Assembly: GCA_964291495.2 (NCBI GenBank)
Contig: OZ219871.1
Location: 1,280,001 to 1,344,000, forward strand
Direction: 5' to 3'
Source of the DNA: Dehalococcoidia bacterium
Lineage (GTDB): Bacteria; Chloroflexota; Dehalococcoidia; UBA2979
Length of the DNA: 64,000 nucleotides
Shown: positions 32,136 to 42,543 of the stretch, one piece after another
Position numbering within the stretch: position 1 is the first letter of the stretch
How the letters are laid out: each line of letters opens with the position of its first letter
Notes under the pieces: generated by a model
Databases searched by the model: none
What the model was told of the DNA's origin: nothing
What the model saw: only the letters and a program-made list of their open reading frames with translations
Translations under genes and position numbers: made by a program

Positions 32136-32647
32136 GCGAGGAGCAGCGCTACCGGCCGGACGACGAGTGCCCGCTGTTCAGCGAGCGCCTCGAGGAGCTG
32201 CTCGTCGCCGTCACGCGGGGCGAGTCACCGAACGCCGGGCGCTTCTGCGGCCACTGCTACCACCCGCTCGGCGAACGCACGCGGTCCTGCCCGCACTGCG
32301 CCACGAGCAGCGGGGAGCGCGCGCCCGTGGACTCCGTGCCGGAGGAGATCATCGAGATGCTCCGCGCCCAGCGACAGACGGAAAGCCGGATCGTGAACGC
32401 CTTCGCCTACACCGGCCTGATCATCGCCGTGCTCGGCGGGCTGGCGCTGGTCCTCGGCGTCCCGTTCCTGCGCGCCAACCTGATCTGGGCGACGGTCGTC
32501 TACGCCATCGTGCTGCTGATCGGTGGTCGCGGGCTGGCGGGGTTCCTCGGTGGCTACTACGGCGACCGCATCGGCTACGAGCGCGCCCGCCGCGCGCTGC
32601 GTGAGCGCTGGGCGGACTGGCTCGTGGAGCGCGACGGCGAGGGCTAG
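32132..32647 (+). CDS. Hypothetical Zn-ribbon, 2-TM membrane protein
   Basis: GTG overlaps the mug stop; CGHC...CPHC followed by two TM helices. Confidence 0.7.
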   Translation: MSEEQRYRPDDECPLFSERLEELLVAVTRGESPNAGRFCGHCYHPLGERTRSCPHCATSSGERAPVDSVPEEIIEMLRAQRQTESRIVNAFAYTGLIIAVLGGLALVLGVPFLRANLIWATVVYAIVLLIGGRGLAGFLGGYYGDRIGYERARRALRERWADWLVERDGEG

Positions 32648-33540
32648 ACCGCCGCCGTCACGTCGATGCGGTGCTTCGCCAACTCCGCGCGGATTGCTGC
32701 CTGCGAGGCCTCCGAGGGCGGGATCAGCGGCAGCCTCGGCTCGCCGGCGGTCACGCCCACCTCGTTGAGGGCGAACTTCACCGGGATCGGGTTCGACTCG
32801 ATGAAGAGGATGTCCATCAGCGGCAGCAGCCGCTCGTGCAGCGCCTGCGCGTCGTCCTGGCGCCCGTCCGCCGCGGCCGTGACCATCTGCTTGATCTGGT
32901 CGCCGATCAGGTGCGAGGCGACAGAGATCACTCCGTAGCCGCCCATCGCCACCATCTGCGCCGTGTCGCCGTCGTTCCCGGACCACATGCGGAAGCCCTC
33001 GGGCGCGCCATCGAGGATGGCGGCGATCTGGGCGAAGTCGCCCGACGCCTCCTTCACGCCCACGATGTTCGGCACCCCGGCCAGCCGCAGCGTCGTCTCG
33101 GCGGCCATGTTGAGCGAGGTGCGCGAGGGCACGTTGTAGAGGATGCAGGGCAGCGGCGTCGCCTCGGCGAGCGTCGTGAAGTGCCGCACCAGGCCCTCCT
33201 GGGGCGGCTTGTTGTAGTACGGCACGGTCAGCATCAGCGCGTCCATGCCCGCGTCGGCGCCCTGCGTCACCAGCTCCAGCGACTCGCCCGTCGAGTTCGT
33301 CGAGGCGCCGGCGACGAGGCCGGCGTCCGGCCCAACCGCGGCGCGCACCGCGCGCCAGACGGCGACCTGCTCCCCCATGCTCAGCGAGGGCGCCTCGCCC
33401 GTGGTGCCGGTGATCACGAGGCCGTCCGAGCCGGAGGCGAGCAGCGCCCGCGCGAGGCGGCCCAACGCCTCCTCATCAACGCCGTCGGCGTTGAAGGGCG
33501 TGACCATGGCCGTGAGCACGCGTCCGATCTCGTTTGTCAT
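32644..33540 (-). CDS. dapA: 4-hydroxy-tetrahydrodipicolinate synthase
   Basis: TAMVTPF, GTTGE, PYYNKP, LYNVPSRT, GVKEA, ESNPIPVK. Confidence 0.96.
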   Translation of the reverse strand: MTNEIGRVLTAMVTPFNADGVDEEALGRLARALLASGSDGLVITGTTGEAPSLSMGEQVAVWRAVRAAVGPDAGLVAGASTNSTGESLELVTQGADAGMDALMLTVPYYNKPPQEGLVRHFTTLAEATPLPCILYNVPSRTSLNMAAETTLRLAGVPNIVGVKEASGDFAQIAAILDGAPEGFRMWSGNDGDTAQMVAMGGYGVISVASHLIGDQIKQMVTAAADGRQDDAQALHERLLPLMDILFIESNPIPVKFALNEVGVTAGEPRLPLIPPSEASQAAIRAELAKHRIDVTAAV

Positions 33541-33616
33541 GGCGCACCTCCGCCGGGTTCTGCCTGATGGGGTGGACGCAGCGCGTCCGCCTGCCGGTCT
33601 GTTATAGCCCTCTGGC

Positions 33617-34642
33617 CTACAGTTTGCCCCGCCGGATCAACTCCTCGGCGATCTGGATCGCGTTGGTCGCCGCGCCCTTGCGCAGGTTGTCCGTCACGCA
33701 CCAGAAGGCGACGCCGTGCTCGACGGAGCTGTCCGTGCGCAGCCGCCCGACGAAGGTGCGGTCGTCGCCCTCGCTGATGAGCGGCGTCGGGTAGACCGCC
33801 TCCGCCGGGTCGTCGAGCAGCTCAAGGCCGTCCTGTGCCTCGATCGACTCGCGCAGCGCGTCGAGCGACGCGGGGCTATCGAACTCGGCGTGGACCGCCT
33901 CGGCGTGCCCGACCATCGTCGGCACACGCACGCAGGTCGAGGAGAAGGCCAGCTCCGGCAGGTGCAGGATCTTGCGCGTCTCGTTGCGCATCTTCGCTTC
34001 CTCGCGGGTGTAGCCGTCCTCCTCGAAGTCGTCGACGTGCGGTAGCACGTTGAGGGCGATCTGGTGCGGGTACTCCTGCGGCGCGGGCAGCGGGCCGCCG
34101 CGCCCGTAGGCGCGGAGCTGCAGCGCCAGCTCCTCGACGGCGGCGGTGCCGCTGCCGGAGACCGCCTGGTACGTGGCGGCGGTCACGCGCTTCAGCGGCG
34201 CGACGTCGCGCATCGCATGCAGCGCCATGGCGAGCGGGGTGGTGGTGCAGTTGGGGATCGAGATGATGCCCTCGTGCCACTCGACGTCGTCGCCGTTGAC
34301 CTCCGGGATCACCAGCGGGACGTTCGGCTCCATGCGGAAGGCCGAGCCGTCGTCGATCAGCACGCCGCCCGCCTCCGCGATCCGCGGCCCCCAGTGCCGC
34401 GAGGCCGCCGCCGTGGCCGAGCAGAAGACGAGGTCCACGCCCTCGAGCGTCTCCTCGCTGGTCACCTCGACGGTGATCATCTCGTCGCGGAAGCGCAGCT
34501 CACGGCCGGCGGAGCGCTCGGTCGCGAGCAACCGCAGCCTCCCGATCGGGAAGTCACGCTCCGCCGCCACCTCGAGGAACACGGCCCCGACCGCGCCCGT
34601 CGCGCCGATGACGGCGACATCGAGTCCATCGTTGCTGCTCAT
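33617..34642 (-). CDS. asd: Aspartate-semialdehyde dehydrogenase
   Basis: GATGAVG, PNCTT, YQAVSGSG, CVRVP, DNLRKGAATNA. Confidence 0.97.
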   Translation of the reverse strand: MSSNDGLDVAVIGATGAVGAVFLEVAAERDFPIGRLRLLATERSAGRELRFRDEMITVEVTSEETLEGVDLVFCSATAAASRHWGPRIAEAGGVLIDDGSAFRMEPNVPLVIPEVNGDDVEWHEGIISIPNCTTTPLAMALHAMRDVAPLKRVTAATYQAVSGSGTAAVEELALQLRAYGRGGPLPAPQEYPHQIALNVLPHVDDFEEDGYTREEAKMRNETRKILHLPELAFSSTCVRVPTMVGHAEAVHAEFDSPASLDALRESIEAQDGLELLDDPAEAVYPTPLISEGDDRTFVGRLRTDSSVEHGVAFWCVTDNLRKGAATNAIQIAEELIRRGKL

Positions 34643-34682
34643 GGCCCGATCATATCGCGTGGCGCCCGAGCTGTGCGACGGC

Positions 34683-35474
34683 CTACGCCAGCCCGATCAG
34701 CGCATCGAGGCCGTAGACGAGGCTTTCGCGCTGCATCACTTCGCGTACGGCGAGCAGCACGCCCGGCATGAACGAGTCGCGGCCCGTCGAGTCGTGGCGC
34801 AGCGTCAGCGTCTGGCCCGTGCCGCCGAAGATCACCTCCTGGTGCGCCACCAGGCCCGGCAACCGCACCGAGTGCAGCGCGACGCCGCCCAGCTCCGCGC
34901 CCCGCGCGCCCTCGACCGCCTCGAGCTCCGACGTGCGGTGCGTGAAGTCGCTGCCGCGCGCCTCGCGCATCAGTTGGGCCGTCGCGACGGCCGTGCCGGA
35001 CGGCGAGTCGACCTTGCCGTCGTGATGCAACTCGATCACCTCGACAGCGTCGAAGTGCGGCGCGGCGAGCGTCGCGAGGTGCATGAGCACCACCGCACCG
35101 AGGGCGAAGTTGGGCGCGACCACGCCGCCGAGGGCGCGCTCCACCAAGCGCTCGCGCAGCGTCGCGACAAACTCGTCCGGCTGGCCCGAGGTGCCGATCA
35201 CCGGGCGCACGCCGTGCGCGAGGCAGGCCTCGGCGAGCGTCGGCGTGAACGCCGCGTTCGTGAAGTCGACCACCACGTCCGGCGTCAGCTCTCCGAGCAG
35301 CGCCCCCGGGTCCGGAGCGAGCGGGTACGTCGCCCCGTTCGCCGCCTCGAGCTCCCCCGCCTCCGTCGCGAGCGGCTCGATGATGCCGACAGGCTCGATG
35401 TCCTCGGCCGCCTCGAGCGTGGCGAGGACCTGCGCGCCCATGTTGCCGCTTCCGCTGACCACTGCCCGGATCAT
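34683..35474 (-). CDS. dapB: 4-hydroxy-tetrahydrodipicolinate reductase
   Basis: VDFT, IGTSG, APNFALG, IELHHDGKVDSPSGTA, HSVRLPG. Confidence 0.95.
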   Translation of the reverse strand: MIRAVVSGSGNMGAQVLATLEAAEDIEPVGIIEPLATEAGELEAANGATYPLAPDPGALLGELTPDVVVDFTNAAFTPTLAEACLAHGVRPVIGTSGQPDEFVATLRERLVERALGGVVAPNFALGAVVLMHLATLAAPHFDAVEVIELHHDGKVDSPSGTAVATAQLMREARGSDFTHRTSELEAVEGARGAELGGVALHSVRLPGLVAHQEVIFGGTGQTLTLRHDSTGRDSFMPGVLLAVREVMQRESLVYGLDALIGLA

Positions 35475-35524
35475 CGCCTGCCTCCCGCCCTCATCGCCCG
35501 TCCGCGCTGCGCGCCCGCAACGAC

Positions 35525-35552
35525 TGCGCCCCGCCTGTTGGGGCGGGGCGCA
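35525..35552. terminator. GC-rich hairpin after pnp
   Basis: 11-bp stem TGCGCCCCGCC/GGCGGGGCGCA; no U-tract. Confidence 0.5.
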
Positions 35553-35582
35553 AGTGTAGCGACTCGGTTCAGGGCCTCGGGG

Positions 35583-38000
35583 CTACCAGCGGCGACCGCC
35601 GCCCCCGCCGCCGCGGCTACCGCCGTCGCGGTCTCCGCCACCACGGCCTCCGCCGCCACCGTCACGACCGCGGCCGCCACCGGAGCCACCGCGGCCTCCG
35701 CCGTCTCGACCTCGGCCGCCGCCGCCGCCGCGGCCACCACGACCGCCACGACCCTCGCCACCGCGGTTGCCGCCACGGCCTCCGCCGTCGCGACCACGGC
35801 CGCCGCCTCGACCACCGCCGCCGCGGCCTCCGCGACCACCGGCGAAGGCAGGCTCGCGCTGCGGCTCGTCGGCGCCGTCCGCGAGGCCGACGCGCTCGCT
35901 GCCGTCCTCGCCGTCGCGCAGGCGGGCGAGATTGATGCGCCCGAGGTTGTCGATCTCGATCACCTGGACGCGCAGCACGTCGCCCTCGGAGACCTCGTCC
36001 TCGACGCGGTTGACGTGGTAGTCGGCCAGGTCGGAGATGTGCACCAGGCCGTCCTTGCCCGGCAGGATCTCGACGAACGCGCCGAAGGCCATGATCCGGC
36101 TGACGGGGCCTTCGTAGACCTCGCCGACCTCGATCTCCTTGGTGAGCCCGCGGATCGTGTCGATCGCCTTGCGGACGCCCTCGGCGTCGGTGCCGGCGAC
36201 GAGCACGGTGCCGTCGTCCTCGACCGTGATGTTCGAGCCCGTCTCCTCCTGGATGGCGTTGATGACGCGCCCGCCCGGGCCGATCACCGTGCCGATCTTC
36301 TCGCGGTCGATCTCGATCCGCTCAACGCGCGGCGCGTATGGCGACATCTCGTCGCGCGGCTCCGCGATCGCCTCGAGCATCACCTCGAGGATCGTCATGC
36401 GCGCCTCGCGCGCTCGCTCGAAGACCGTCTCGAGCAGACCGTCCGGCAGCGACTGCAGCTTGATGTCGAGCTGCAGCGCGGTCACGCCGCGCTCCGTGCC
36501 GGCGACCTTGAAGTCCATGTCGCCGAGGCCGTCCTCGATGCCCGCGATGTCCGTGAGCACGCGATAGTCATCGCCGTCGCCGGTGATCAGGCCCATCGCG
36601 ATGCCTGCCACGGGCGCCGTGATCGGCACCCCGGCGTCCATCAGCGCCAGCGTCGAGCCGCACACCGAGCCCATCGAGGTCGAACCGTTGGACATCAGCG
36701 CGTCGGAGACGACGCGCAGCGCGTAGGGGAACTCCTCGCTGTCCGGCAGCACCGGCTCCAGCGCCCGCTCGGCGAGCAGCCCGTGGCCGATCTCGCGGCG
36801 GCCGGGGCCGCGCAGGAAGCGCGCCTCGCCGACCGAGTAGGGCGGGAAGTTGTAGTGGTGCATGTAGCGCTTGAACTGCGTCGGCGCGAGCGTGTCGAGT
36901 CGCTGGCGATCGCCGAGCGGGCCGAGCGTCGCCACCGACAGGATCTGCGTCCCGCCGCGGCGGAACAGGCCGCTGCCATGCGCGCGCGGCAGCAAGCCGA
37001 CCGAGGAGTGGAGGCCGCGCACCTGCTCGATCTCGCGGTCGTCGGGGCGCAGGCCGTCATCGAGGATGCGCCGCCGCACCAGCTTCTTGATCTCGCCCTC
37101 GACCGCGTTGCGCACGGTCCGGGCGTCCAGTTCCTCGTCGCCGATCGCCGCGTAGACCTCCTTGCCGAGGGCGTCGACGCCGCGCCAGCCCTCGCCCTGC
37201 ACGGCGGCGAGCATCTCGGCGTCGCGGCCGACGAGCGCCTCGGCGACGCGCTCCTCCAGCTCCGTGTCCGGCGCGGGCGGTTCGAACGAAGCCTTCTCCT
37301 GGCCAAGCGCCTCGGAGATCTCGCGCTGCAGCGCGTTGAGCTTCGCGATCACGCCCTGGGCGTACTCGATCGCCTCGATCACCTCGGCCTCGGGCACCTC
37401 GCTGGCGCCCGCCTCGATCATCACGATCGAGTCCTCGGTGCCGGCGACGATCAGGTCGAGGTCGGACTCCTCGATCTCCTCGTAGGTGGGCAGTGCCTTG
37501 AACTCGCCCTCGACGCGCGCGACGCGCACCGAGGAGACCGGGCCCTCGAAGGGAATGCTGGAGAGGCCCAGCACCGTCGAGGCGGCCGTGGTGCCGAAGA
37601 CGTCGGCCGGGTTCTCGCGGTCCGCGGAGAGCGTGGTCAGCACCACCTGGATCTCGCGGCGGAAGCCCTTGGGGAAGAGCGGCCGGATCGGGCGGTCGGT
37701 CATCCGCGCGGCGAGGATCGCCTCGTTACCGGGGCGTCCCTCACGACGGAAGAACGAGCCGGGGATCTTCCCGATCGCGTACATCCGCTCCTCGAAGTCG
37801 ATGGTCAGGGGGAAGAAGTCGATGCCCTCGCGCGCGTCGTCCTCGGCGACGGTCGCGAGGATCATCGTGTCGCCGTAGCGGACGGTGCAGGCGGCGGCGG
37901 CGTTGAGGGCCAGCAGCCCCACGCCGACGGTGAAGGGCTTGCCCTCGATCTCCGTGCTGAAGGTTCGTTCTTCGGTCTCAAGTCGCTGAGCGTTGGTCAT
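35583..38000 (-). CDS. pnp: Polyribonucleotide nucleotidyltransferase with long RGG-rich C-terminal tail
   Basis: FFPLTIDFEE, RREGRP, HGSGLFRRG, SNGSTSMGSVC, GDMDFKVAG, KH and S1 domains. Confidence 0.98.
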   Translation of the reverse strand: MTNAQRLETEERTFSTEIEGKPFTVGVGLLALNAAAACTVRYGDTMILATVAEDDAREGIDFFPLTIDFEERMYAIGKIPGSFFRREGRPGNEAILAARMTDRPIRPLFPKGFRREIQVVLTTLSADRENPADVFGTTAASTVLGLSSIPFEGPVSSVRVARVEGEFKALPTYEEIEESDLDLIVAGTEDSIVMIEAGASEVPEAEVIEAIEYAQGVIAKLNALQREISEALGQEKASFEPPAPDTELEERVAEALVGRDAEMLAAVQGEGWRGVDALGKEVYAAIGDEELDARTVRNAVEGEIKKLVRRRILDDGLRPDDREIEQVRGLHSSVGLLPRAHGSGLFRRGGTQILSVATLGPLGDRQRLDTLAPTQFKRYMHHYNFPPYSVGEARFLRGPGRREIGHGLLAERALEPVLPDSEEFPYALRVVSDALMSNGSTSMGSVCGSTLALMDAGVPITAPVAGIAMGLITGDGDDYRVLTDIAGIEDGLGDMDFKVAGTERGVTALQLDIKLQSLPDGLLETVFERAREARMTILEVMLEAIAEPRDEMSPYAPRVERIEIDREKIGTVIGPGGRVINAIQEETGSNITVEDDGTVLVAGTDAEGVRKAIDTIRGLTKEIEVGEVYEGPVSRIMAFGAFVEILPGKDGLVHISDLADYHVNRVEDEVSEGDVLRVQVIEIDNLGRINLARLRDGEDGSERVGLADGADEPQREPAFAGGRGGRGGGGRGGGRGRDGGGRGGNRGGEGRGGRGGRGGGGGRGRDGGGRGGSGGGRGRDGGGGGRGGGDRDGGSRGGGGGGRRW

Positions 38001-38169
38001 GCTCGCCTTCCTCGGGTGCGCGCGCGACGCGGCGCCCCGCTCTCTCGTAGCTGCTGGGTGGTTGTTCGGATCGGTGTGCTCCCTCGTCCTCTTCCTGCGC
38101 GCGCGCATGGCGCCGCGCATCTCGCGTGCGATTGGTCGTGCCGGGGCGGGGAAGGGGTGGCGGGGTGCG

Positions 38170-38436
38170 CTAGCGGCGCAGCCCCAGCCTGCCGATCAGC
38201 GTGCGGTAGCGCCCCACGTCCTTCTTGCTGAGGTAGCGGAGCTGACGGCGGCGCTGGCCGACAAGCTTGAGCAGGCCGCGCCGCGTGTCGTAGTCGTGCG
38301 TATGCGTGCGGAGGTGTTCCGTCAAGTGGTTGATGCGATCGGTAAGTAGCGCGACCTGCACCTCGGGGGAGCCGGTGTCTCCCTCGTGTGTCTGGTACTC
38401 GGCAATGAGGTCGCGCTTGCGCTCCACGGAGGTCAT
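38170..38436 (-). CDS. rpsO: 30S ribosomal protein S15
   Basis: [35 protein letters not shown]. Confidence 0.97.
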   Translation of the reverse strand: MTSVERKRDLIAEYQTHEGDTGSPEVQVALLTDRINHLTEHLRTHTHDYDTRRGLLKLVGQRRRQLRYLSKKDVGRYRTLIGRLGLRR

Positions 38437-38492
38437 GCGTTGGTTCTGGTCTGTCCTTGTTCTGCTGCTATGTCCACCACGCCTGCACACAC

Positions 38493-38579
38493 CGCTCCGG
38501 TCTTCCCCGACCGGGCGATAGCCGCTTGCTCCCTCCGGCGCCTGCCCTCGGGCCGGGCGCATCCTCGCGCCCGCGGCTA
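38493..38579 (-). promoter_or_regulatory. Structured rpsO 5' leader (candidate S15 autoregulatory RNA)
   Basis: Multibranch stem plus a second hairpin downstream of TTGCCC-N18-TAGCGT. Confidence 0.5.
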
Positions 38580-38654
38580 CGGAAACACGCTACCACGCGG
38601 TTTCGGCGAGGGGCAATGAGGGTGCGCAGAACGCCGCAGGCGCGACCGGCGCGG

Positions 38655-39518
38655 CTACGACGCGCCGGACCTGAGCCCTCGGGTCGGGCGCTGCGCGGGT
38701 CGTGGCAGCGACGGGCGCGAGGGGACCATGCCGGCCCACTTCCCCAGCCAGTAGCGAATCCGCGGGTAGCCGACCCGGTGCAGCGCCAGCGTCAGGCCCA
38801 GCGCCACGCCGCAGACCACGAGCCCCGCGAGGCCGTCGAAGATGTAGTGGTTGCCCGTCCCCACCACCGCGACCGACTGCAGCACGAAGGTGACGATCGA
38901 AGCTCCGCGCAGCCACGGGTTGCGCGTCGCCGCGAACACGCCGACGGCGAGCAGCAGCGCCCACCCGACGTGCAACGAGGGCACCGCCGCGAAGGGATTG
39001 ACGAACGGCTGGAGCGACTGCGCCTGGTAGGAGAGGTTGTCGTAGACCGCGAGCGTGTCGATGAAGCCCCACTCGCTCAGGAAGCGGGGCGGAGCGACCG
39101 GATAGAGCCAGTAGATCACGAGCGCGATCCCGCCGGAGATCAGGATCGAGTCGCGCGTCAGCGTGTAGGCGCTGCGCCGCTTCCAGAACATCACCAGCGC
39201 CACTGCCACGATCAGCGGGAAGTCCATCCAGAAGTAGACGAAGTTCAGCGCGCGCCGCAGCAGCTCGTATTCGAGCACCCAGGCCTGGAACGCCGGCTCG
39301 ACGAAGAGCCCCCACGAGTATTGGAGGTTCACGATCCAGTGCGCGTTCGCAAAGGCGTCGGCGGTGCGGTCCACCACCGCGCCGCGTACGAGGAAGTAGA
39401 GCAGGAAGCCGAGCGCGACGAGCCCCAGCTCCGAGGCGTCCCACCAGCTCAGGCCCTTGCGCCTCGGATCGGTCGAGAGGAAGAGATAGCGCGCAAGCCG
39501 CGCTCGCAATGCGTTCAT
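38655..39518 (-). CDS. PAP2_3 / Aur1-like membrane phosphatase or phosphotransferase
   Basis: YPVAPPRF, FAAVPSLHVGWA, GTGNHYIFDG and multiple TMs; start uncertain. Confidence 0.85.
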   Translation of the reverse strand: MNALRARLARYLFLSTDPRRKGLSWWDASELGLVALGFLLYFLVRGAVVDRTADAFANAHWIVNLQYSWGLFVEPAFQAWVLEYELLRRALNFVYFWMDFPLIVAVALVMFWKRRSAYTLTRDSILISGGIALVIYWLYPVAPPRFLSEWGFIDTLAVYDNLSYQAQSLQPFVNPFAAVPSLHVGWALLLAVGVFAATRNPWLRGASIVTFVLQSVAVVGTGNHYIFDGLAGLVVCGVALGLTLALHRVGYPRIRYWLGKWAGMVPSRPSLPRPAQRPTRGLRSGAS

Positions 39519-39647
39519 CGCGATGCCCTGCACCTGTGTCCCCGCCGGCCCGGCTGCCTGCCCGCGTGCCGCGCCGCCCAGTAATGATAGCGTACGCTCG
39601 CACGCGTTCATCACTCGCATATCCCAAGGCTGCGAAAGGAGCCCCCG

Positions 39648-41150
39648 GTGGAGATCAACGTCACAAGCGGCGACCTGGCGGCCCAGCAGGTAGACACGAT
39701 CGTCGTCGCGTTGCCCGAGGAGACGCGCCGCCTCGGCGGCGCGGCGGCCGCCCTCGACCAGGCGCTCGACGGCGCGATCACCGCGCTGCTGCGCTCCGGC
39801 CTGGCGCCCGGACGCGCGAACGAGGCCACGCCGATCGCCACGGGCGGCCGCATCCCCGCCGCCCGCGTCGTCGTGCAGGGACTCGGCAAGCGCGAGCAGC
39901 TGACGCCCGACCGGCTGCGCAACCAGACCGCCGGCCTGGCGCGCGCGCTGCGCGGCCTGGACGCCGGCAGCGTTGCCCTCTCCACGCAGGGCGGCGCCCG
40001 CGCCACCAGCGACGCAACCGAGACGGGCCGCATCCTCGCCGAGGCCTTCGAGCTCGGCCTCTACCGCTTCGACCAGCACCGCACCCGCGCGCAGGACAAG
40101 CCGCGCGGCTCCGTCTCCGCGCTGACCATCGTCGAGACCTCGCGGCGGCGCGCGCGGGCCGCCGAGCAGGGGGTGCACAGCGGAACAATCCTCGCCGAGG
40201 CCCAGAACTTCACGCGCGACCTTGCCAACTCGCCCGCCAACCTGATGACCCCGAGCGATGTCGCCGAGCGCGCCCAGGCGCGCGCCGACGAGCTGGGCCT
40301 CGAGTGCGAGGTGATCGAGCGCGCCGCGGCCGAGCGGATGGGCATGAACTCCTACCTCTCCGTCGCGCAGGGCTCGCAGCAGCCTCCGAAGTTCATCGTG
40401 CTGCGCTACCGCGGCGGCCGCGGCCGCCGCAGCATCGGGCTTGTGGGCAAGGGCATCACCTTCGACACGGGCGGGATCTCGCTGAAGCCCCCGGCGAACA
40501 TGGAGCGGATGAAGGGCGACATGAGCGGGGCAGCCGCGGTGATCGGCGCGATCGGCGCCATCGCCCGCCTCGAGCCAGCCGTCAACGTGACCGCGATCGC
40601 GCCCTGCACCGAGAACATGCCGAGTGGAACGGCGACCAAACCCGGCGATGTCTTCTACGCGATGGACGGACAGTCGATCGAGGTGATCAACACCGACGCG
40701 GAGGGCCGCCTCGTCCTCGCAGACGCCCTCGCCTACGCGAAGTCGCAGGGCTGCACGCCGCTCGTCGACGTGGCGACGCTGACCGGGGCGATGGCGATCG
40801 CGCTCGGCAACGTGCGGGTCGGCGTCTTCGCGAACAACGACAGGCTCTACGCCGACCTCGAGCGCGCCGCGTCCGCCTCGGGCGAGAAGCTCTGGCGCTT
40901 CCCGCTCGACGCCGAGTACGACGAGCAGATCCGCTCGGACGTGGCGGACATCAAGAACACAGGCGGCCGCGGCGCCGGCTCAATCACCGCAGCGAAGTTC
41001 CTGCATCGCTTCGCCGGCGACACTCCCTGGGCCCACTTCGACATCGCCGGAGTGATGGACGCGGACCGCGACCGCGGGGTGCTGGTCAAGGGCAACGCCG
41101 GCGCCGCGACGCGCACGCTCGTCCACTACGCCCTCAACCGCGCGCGCTGA
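39648..41150 (+). CDS. pepA: Leucyl aminopeptidase (M17)
   Basis: LVGKGITFDTGG, MKGDMSG, NTDAEGRLVLADAL, ATLTGA. Confidence 0.97.
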   Translation: MEINVTSGDLAAQQVDTIVVALPEETRRLGGAAAALDQALDGAITALLRSGLAPGRANEATPIATGGRIPAARVVVQGLGKREQLTPDRLRNQTAGLARALRGLDAGSVALSTQGGARATSDATETGRILAEAFELGLYRFDQHRTRAQDKPRGSVSALTIVETSRRRARAAEQGVHSGTILAEAQNFTRDLANSPANLMTPSDVAERAQARADELGLECEVIERAAAERMGMNSYLSVAQGSQQPPKFIVLRYRGGRGRRSIGLVGKGITFDTGGISLKPPANMERMKGDMSGAAAVIGAIGAIARLEPAVNVTAIAPCTENMPSGTATKPGDVFYAMDGQSIEVINTDAEGRLVLADALAYAKSQGCTPLVDVATLTGAMAIALGNVRVGVFANNDRLYADLERAASASGEKLWRFPLDAEYDEQIRSDVADIKNTGGRGAGSITAAKFLHRFAGDTPWAHFDIAGVMDADRDRGVLVKGNAGAATRTLVHYALNRAR

Positions 41151-41184
41151 GCCCCGGCTCGGGGGTACGCAGCCGGGCCGGGGT
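41150..41184. terminator. Hairpin between convergent pepA and dnaA
   Basis: GCCCCGGCTCGG...CCGGGCCGGGGT inverted repeat. Confidence 0.45.
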
Positions 41185-41193
41185 GCGAGGCGG

Positions 41194-42543
41194 CTAGGCG
41201 ACCTCGCGGGCGCGCTCGACCAGCTCGCGCAGCGTGGCGATGTCGCGCTTCGTCTCCGGGTCGACCTGGACAGAGCGCTCCATCTTGCTCCAGCCGTGGT
41301 GGACCGTGGAGTGGTCGCGGCCTCCGAGGGTCTGGCCGATCTCGGCGAGTGAGCGGTGCGCGAGCTCGCGCATCAGGTACATCGCCAGCTGCCGCGGGTA
41401 GGCGACGCGCTTCTCGCGGCTCTTGGAGAGCAGCGCCTCGCGGTCGATCTCGAAGTAGCGGCAGACCACGTCGAGGATCGCCTCCGGCGAGGGCGGCAGC
41501 CGCGGTTCGGTCGGGTCGAGCGAGGCGAGCGCGGATTGCACGAGCGCCGGTTCGATCGGCTCGCCCGTGAGCCGCGAGTAGGCGACGACGCGCGTGAGCG
41601 AGCCCTCGAGCTCGCGGATGTTGCTGGTGAAGCGCCGCGCGATCACGTGCAGGGCCTCGTCGTTGACGTGCACGCGCTGCTCCTCCGCCTTGGAGCGCAG
41701 GATCGCGACCCTTGTCTCCAGGTCGGGCGCCTGGATGTCGGCGATCATCCCCCACTCGAAGCGCGATCGGAGGCGCTCCTCGAGGTCCGGGATCAGCACC
41801 GGGCTCTTGTCCGAGGTGATCACGATCTGGCGTTCCGCCTCGTAGAGGCTGTTGAAGGTGTGGAACAGCTCCTCCTGCGTGGCTTCCTTGCCGCCGACGA
41901 ACTGGATGTCGTCGATCAGCAGCGCGTCCGCCGAGCGGTAGCGGGCCCGGAACTCCTCTTGCGTCCGCTGTTGAATCGCCGTCACAAGGTCGTTCGTGAA
42001 CTGCTCCGCGGAGATGTACGTGATCTGCCGGCCGGCGCGAACGAGGCGGTGGCCGATGCCCTGCAGGAGATGCGTCTTGCCCAAGCCGACCGCCCCGTAC
42101 AGGAACAGCGGGTTGTGCAGCGTGCCGGGAGAATCGGCCACGCCCTCGGCGGCGGCGAACGCGAGGTGGTTGCCCGGGCCGACGATGAACGTGTCGAAGA
42201 CGTAGCGGGTATGCAGCCTCGGGCGCGGGTAGACGGGCCCCGCCGGCTGGGCCGCGCCGCCGCGCTGGAGCAGCGGCGAGTCGTCCGCGGGCGCTTGCAA
42301 GGGCTCGAACGCGACCTCCAGGGGCCGATCGGCGAGATCCGTGAGCGTGCGCACGATCAGCGGACGCAGGCGCTGCTGCAGCCACTCGGTCACGAACTCC
42401 GAGCGCGTGCCGATGATCAGCGTGGAGCCGTCGAGGCGGACACCCTCCGTGTCGGCGAGCCAGGTCTGGAAGTTGGCTTCAGAAACGTGCTGCCGGAGGT
42501 AGCGCAGTGCGGACTGCCAGAGCTGCGCCGGGTCTTGTTGCAC
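41194..42543 (-). CDS. dnaA: Chromosomal replication initiator DnaA
   Basis: [55 protein letters not shown]. Confidence 0.99.
   Translation of the reverse strand: MQQDPAQLWQSALRYLRQHVSEANFQTWLADTEGVRLDGSTLIIGTRSEFVTEWLQQRLRPLIVRTLTDLADRPLEVAFEPLQAPADDSPLLQRGGAAQPAGPVYPRPRLHTRYVFDTFIVGPGNHLAFAAAEGVADSPGTLHNPLFLYGAVGLGKTHLLQGIGHRLVRAGRQITYISAEQFTNDLVTAIQQRTQEEFRARYRSADALLIDDIQFVGGKEATQEELFHTFNSLYEAERQIVITSDKSPVLIPDLEERLRSRFEWGMIADIQAPDLETRVAILRSKAEEQRVHVNDEALHVIARRFTSNIRELEGSLTRVVAYSRLTGEPIEPALVQSALASLDPTEPRLPPSPEAILDVVCRYFEIDREALLSKSREKRVAYPRQLAMYLMRELAHRSLAEIGQTLGGRDHSTVHHGWSKMERSVQVDPETKRDIATLRELVERAREVA

Noticed and set aside
34146-38231. 1361-aa plus-strand ORF, and similar long ORFs at 1333-4092, 4089-6344 and 22614-24578
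   Set aside because: These are antisense shadows of pnp/dapB/asd, the TGase, moxR and pyrG, expected from stop-codon scarcity at high GC; they have no recognisable motifs.
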